A stretch of DNA of 64,000 nt, from contig CP068257.2 of the NCBI GenBank assembly GCA_009914755.4, positions 40,544,001-40,608,000 of the forward strand. The letters are read 5' to 3'. This document shows positions 57,996 through 64,000 of this stretch, piece by piece. The stretch is from the human T2T-CHM13v2.0 reference genome, Homo sapiens. A program made the translations under genes and the position numbers. Each line of letters begins with the position of its first letter. Within the stretch, counting starts at the first letter, position 1. The notes beneath the pieces are model-generated. The model did not search any database and was not told the DNA's origin. It saw only the letters and a list, made by a program, of their open reading frames with translations.

Positions 57996-58656
57996 AGATG
58001 CGGTCCTTGGGAAGTGATTAGGCCATGAGGAATGGGATTGACGAACTTATTAAATGGTTTGAAACAGGTTGAAAGGAGCCCCTTTCCTTTCTACCACGGG
58101 AGGGCACAGAAGGCACACCTATGAGGAACAGGCCTCCAGACACTGCATTTTCTGGCGTCTTGAATTTGGACTTCCCAGCCTCTAGAAGTGTGAACAATAC
58201 ATTTCTGTTGTTTTTAAGTTACGCAGTCTAAGGTATTTTGTTATAGGAGTCCAAATGGACTGAGACAGAAATTGGTACCAAGAAGCAGAGTGTTGCAGAG
58301 ACAAAGACCTGCAGATGTGGAAGAGGCTCTGGAACTGGATAATGGGCAGAGGCTGGAAGAGTTTAGAGGAACAGGCTCAAAAGGCCTGGACTGCCAAGAG
58401 TGGACATAAAGGGTGATCCTAGTGAGGGCTGAGAAGAAGACACAGAGCCTCCGAGATTATGTAAGTGGCTGTGATCAGAATGCTGATAGAAGTATGGATG
58501 GTAAAGGCCACTCTGTTGAGGTGTCAGACAGAAATGAGGAACGTGTTACTGGAAACGGGAGGAAAGGCCATTCTTGTGACAGAGGGCAGAGGACTTGGCT
58601 GAACTGTTTGTGTCCTCATGTTCTGTGAAAGTCAGAGTGGCAAGGGATGAACTTGA

Positions 58657-59099
<443 letters not shown>

Positions 59100-61971
59100 T
59101 CAGCCTGACCATACTGTAAAGAATAAAAAAGCATGTTTAGGAGATCAAGGGTGTAGCCAAACTAGCGTTTCAGGCAGAGATTAGCATGGACAGGCAGAAG
59201 CCAGGTGCTGTGCATGAAGACAGTGACGGCATAACCCTGAAGGTGTTTCAGAGGTTATTATTGCTGCCCTCCCATCACAGGCCCAGGGTGCCGAGGTCTG
59301 GGGGACAGAACTATGCCCACAGAGGTGCCTGGAGTGCCTGCAGGACCTCGGCACCTGCTGCAGTGTGTCTCCCTCAGAGGGCACAATCAATAAACCTTGG
59401 GCTTCTGTGCAGGGCCATCTCCATGGGTGTGTAGAGGGTAGGAGCTATGGAGGCATGGCTAACTCCATCTGGATTTCAGAGGATGCTTTGGAGAGCCTTG
59501 GGGTCCAGGCAGAGAACTGCCACAGGGGCAGAGCCACTGCAGAGAGCCCCCACCAGGACAATGCCCAGTGGAGGTGTGGGGGCAGGGCCACCTGAAGACC
59601 TCAGACTAGCAGAGCCACTGACGTGCACCTCCAGCCTGAGAGAGCCACAGGCAGGAGACTCCAGCCCATGAGAGCTGCAGTATGGGCTGTGCCCAGCAAA
59701 CCCATGTAGGAGGTGCCACCCAGAGCCCTGGGGGCCTAAGTCCCTCCTTAGAGTGTTCAGAAGGTGGGACCATGGAGTCAAAGAAGATATAATGCTTTTT
59801 GCCCTGTTGGGTTTTGGACTTACTTGAGACCTGTTATCGCTTTCTTCTTTTCTGTTTTTCTCTTTTTGGATGGAAGTGTCTGCCCTGTGCCTGCCCCATC
59901 CTTGCATTTTGGAAGCACATAACTTGTGTGACTTCACAAGTTCACCGCTGAAGGAATTTGCCCCAAGAGGACATTTACCTTGAGTCCCACTCACATCTGA
60001 TTTAAATTATGTGTAGCTGGGACTCTGGGCTTTAGACTTTTTATTTGGTGCCGGGAACAATTTAAGACTTTGGGCCCTATTGAGATGGAATGAACATATT
60101 TGGCATGTGAGAAGACTGAATTCTGGAGGGCCAGGGGTGGAATGCTATGGTCTGAATGTTGGGGTTCCCCCTAAATTTATTTGTTGGGACTTAATGCTCA
60201 GTGTGATTAATACTCTGATAGTACTAAGAGGTGTGGCCTCTGGAAGGTGATTAGTTCATGAAGACTTTGCCTCATGAATAGGGTGGAGCTCTCATAAGAC
60301 AGGTTGAAGGGCCCATCTCTTCCTCTTCCATCATGTGAGGACACAGAGGCGCCATCTATGAGGAACAGGCCCTCACCTGACACCAGAGATGCTGGAGTTT
60401 GACCTTGGACTTCCCAGCTTCCAGTGCTATGAACAATACCTTTCTGTAGTTTACAGATTTCCCAGTCTACGATATTTGTTACAGCAGCCAGAATAGACTA
60501 AGACACACGTACACTCCCTCCCTTGGTCAGAGAAGCCAACAGGGCCGGGGCCAGGCTGACCAGAAGGGAGATCTCCAGGCCCAGCCCAAGGCAAGCTCGC
60601 CACAGGGATGCGTCTCGAGCATGAGCACCTGCTGTGTTGTCCCGGCCTGGGATGACGAGGGCACGGTGTTCATCCCTGTCTCTCCCTCCCTCACATCACT
60701 CACCACTGTCAGACAGGAGAGCCACAAGCCCTCTTTCCTACTTACACTTGGGGCAGCATCTTCTGTTCTTAACTGGCTGGGAACTTTTATCTTCAGAGTC
60801 AGAGATCTGGGTTGTGAAAAGCAGGCAAGCAGACAAACATCTCTCTGCAGCCTTCTCCCCATTCTCCTACCCAGTTTCCAGAATTTGGGGGAAAAAAATC
60901 CCATAAGCTGTCATACTTCATATTGCCATCAGGCAGCAGTGGGAATGGTGCAGAGAGGAGCTGGGCAAAGGGGCAGAGGGACAGCTTTCTTTGTTTTTTT
61001 GTTTTCCTCCATGAAATGGGGAGGTGTCAAGTGAGCGAGATGTCCCCGGCCACACAGTGAAGCACAAGGCAGCCGAAGACACAGCAGGCAGGTCAGGTCT
61101 GTGTGCACATTGGCAGGCTGCATGCAGACCAGCCTCGGCCCAGGTGGAGAAGCAGAGGGATCTGCAGGGGAACCAGGGATTCAGAGACCTGTTGTTGGGG
61201 TCCTGCAGAAGATGGGGCAATTCAAGTCACCAAGCCAGTCTCACCCCAATGGCCTGGCTGGTTGCAGAAACTCACCAGGGACAAGGGGTCACCCCACCAC
61301 AGGCCCACCTGGACATGTGACTCCCCTGCACCCACCCTCACAAGCACCAAGGGCAGGATCCTCACGCCAGAGGCCAAGTCCTCAGTGTGCCCCTTTCTCC
61401 CCTTCATGTTCAGCCTCAGCAGCTGGAAGTCCACAGAAATAAATCAGACACTTCTAAAATGGGACACCATAGGGAAGGCCAGATGGAATAAGAGTTCTCT
61501 TCCCACAGACCTAGACTTCCATTGACTCCACTCGAAGTCAACTGGGTGATGCTGTTGGCTGCAAGTCAAGGCCAACATGGGCTGTGCTAATAGATGCAGA
61601 CCCTCTAGAGGGAAGGAGCACATCACCCTGGCCTGTTCTGTCCTGATCACACTGAATAGGTGTTCTTTGGTGGCCCTGAATTTCATGAGGGACACGAGGA
61701 ACTGGCACCCATCCCGAGAAGGGGAAAGTGGGACAAAAGGGCGTCTTCTAGGAAGCCACACTGGAGAGACTGGGGGCATCTGGTCCAGAGAACAAGGGTC
61801 TGGAAAGAATGTTGTTGCCATCATTGGCTGGCCAGGGCCTACTCTGGGGAGTGACTCCATGTTGCTATGGTGTGCAGAGCAGTCAGGGTGATAGGGAGTC
61901 CAATTGGACACAGGTTCAGTTTGCTAATGGTGACAACACTTAATAATGGAGTGGGTTGCCAGTTGAGGTAG

Positions 61972-62329
61972 TGATATAGTTTGGCTGTGTCCCCACCCAA
62001 ATCTCATCTTGAATTGTAGCTCCCATAATTCCCACATGTTGTAGGAAGGACCTGGTCAGAGATCACTGAATCATAGGGGCAGGTCTTTCCCATGCTATTC
62101 TCATGATAGTGAATAAGTCTCATGAGATCTGATGGCTTTATAAAGGGGAGTTTCCCTGCACAAGCTCTCTCTCTTGTCTGCCGCCATGTGAGACATGCCT
62201 TTCACCTTCCGCCATGATCATGAGGCTTCCCCAGCCACATGGAACTGTGAGTCCGTTAAATCTCTTTCCTTTGTAAATTGCCCAGTCTCAGGTATGTCTT
62301 TATCGGCAGCGTGAAAATGGACTAATACA
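61972..62329 (+). mobile_element. THE1-type MaLR solo LTR, essentially full length (~358 bp)
   Basis: tgatatagtttggctgtgtccccacccaaatctcatcttgaattgtagctcccataattcccacatgttgtaggaaggacc...tcatgatagtgaataagtctcatgagatctgatggctttataaaggggagtttccctgcacaagctctc...gccgccatgtgagacatgcctttcaccttccgccatgatcatgaggcttccccagccacatggaactgtgagtccgttaaatctctttcctttgtaaattgcccagtctcaggtatgtctttatcggcagcgtgaaaatggactaataca. Confidence 0.88.
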
Positions 62330-63677
62330 GACAGGAAGTGGCTCCCCACTGGAAATTACCAGCTGTCAGCAATGCCTTAGCAGAAATTTCTGTTGGGGTT
62401 GGGACTAAGCTGGTCCTGTCGAGAGCTCCCCTTGCCTGGTTGATCCTCAGGGTTCTACTTAGAATGCCTCGAAAAGTCTTGGCTGGACACCCATGCCCAG
62501 TCTTTCTGCAGGGTCCCATTGGGGTTAACCTTCTCATTTCATCCCATGTGAACCAGGCCAGGCCCATCAGGGTTTGGCAACCCCCTGATGCAGTGGTTGC
62601 TGCCAGGTGACAGGAGCAAGCCTGCAGCTGCTGGGGGGCCATGCAGAGACAGCCTGCCAGAGGGGAGACCACCTGGGGAGGCCAGAGCCGTGGAGACAGC
62701 AAGAGACCAGGGGCTGAGGACAGAGTAGTACAGGTCTTTGGTCCCAGTAGTCCTGAAACCACTGCACTCCGAACCTTTCTGTACTTAGCTTAAGCCAGTT
62801 GGAGTTTCTGTCCTTTACAACCAAGAGCCTTGATAGGAATGGGGTCCTGTGCTACGCTACTGTTGGCTTCTTTCCCGATCGGGCGCTGGAGGGGAACACA
62901 GCAGTGACTACAGTGGGATGCTTACTCGGTGCTGGGCATGCTAGAAAGTGCTTGCCATGCCTTATTTCCCACGTGGTGGGGATTTTGACCCCACTGTACA
63001 GACAGATAAGTGAGGACCCTTTCACTTATCCTGCAACAGAAAATCCAGCAGCCAAAGCCAACAAGGGCCCAGCATAGCATCTTCCCTCTCTGACTTCATC
63101 CTCACGCTCCACACACCATCCCCCTGGCCATTCCCAGCAGCCCAGTAAGCACTGCCTCACACTTCCAGTTCCGGACCAGCCAGGATGGCCAGGCTGGATG
63201 GGGGCCATCCACCGGCTGAAGCCAATTGCCTATTCTCGAGCTGAAGGTGAATCAATCCCGCATAAATCTTCGGGCAGAGAACTGGGTGGGGGTAGAAGAG
63301 GGGGAATGTCTAGAAGGAAATTCTGGGCACATTCCTGGAAGTGAGGAGGATGGATATTGGACAGAAATTATGTCATTGCAGGCACCCTCACTTGCCCTGG
63401 CCACATGGACAGTTCCTCCCCGGCTGTGTTCCGTGCCTCCTCTCGTGCTCCAGGGCCTGTCTGTTCCTGGAGCGAGATGGGTCCCAGGGCTGGGCACCAG
63501 TCCCCATCTCCAGCCATCAGGCACTTTCCTCTCTGTGTTTTGGCGTAAACACTCCCTAGGTTTGTGGATCTGAATCCTCTTCCCAACACACTCAAGCTTT
63601 GCTGGCCTCCCTGCAGTGTATGTTTAAGGCACCACACAGCCTCCAAGGCCTGGCACCCGGGCAGTGGCACCTGGTAA

Positions 63678-64000
<323 letters not shown>

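Overview
This 64-kb window is primate, almost certainly human, nuclear DNA from a repeat-rich intergenic or intronic region. It is not a prokaryotic locus, and I find no operon-like, CRISPR, defence or other undescribed gene system. At least 27 Alu SINEs are present, many with clear target-site duplications (TSDs) and A-tails. Most of the remainder is several L1 LINE copies, two THE1-type MaLR LTRs, one DNA-transposon-like element with nested Alu and L1 insertions, a 1.3-kb GC-rich minisatellite, a 1-kb GT-rich cryptic repeat and compound (CA)n tracts. Bulk sequence is CpG-depleted. The ORFs in the supplied six-frame track are essentially all repeat artefacts: L1 ORF1/ORF2 remnants, translations through simple repeats, or ORFs opened at GTG or TTG starts. 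I cannot support any host protein-coding exon with confidence. The hunt turned up structures rather than genes. There are two long inverted repeats: a 175-bp pair 1.2 kb apart, and an L1 foldback. There are three near-perfect hairpin palindromes of 39, 48 and 18 bp stems. Two AT-rich blocks retain CpGs unusually well, one carrying TAAT motifs and an AATAAA signal, the other a divergent LINE endonuclease-like ORF. The minisatellite has higher-order periodicity, and a local direct duplication sits next to the GT-rich repeat. Repeat family names are recalled from memory of consensus sequences, not from a database search. Coordinates are read by eye and may be off by a few bases.
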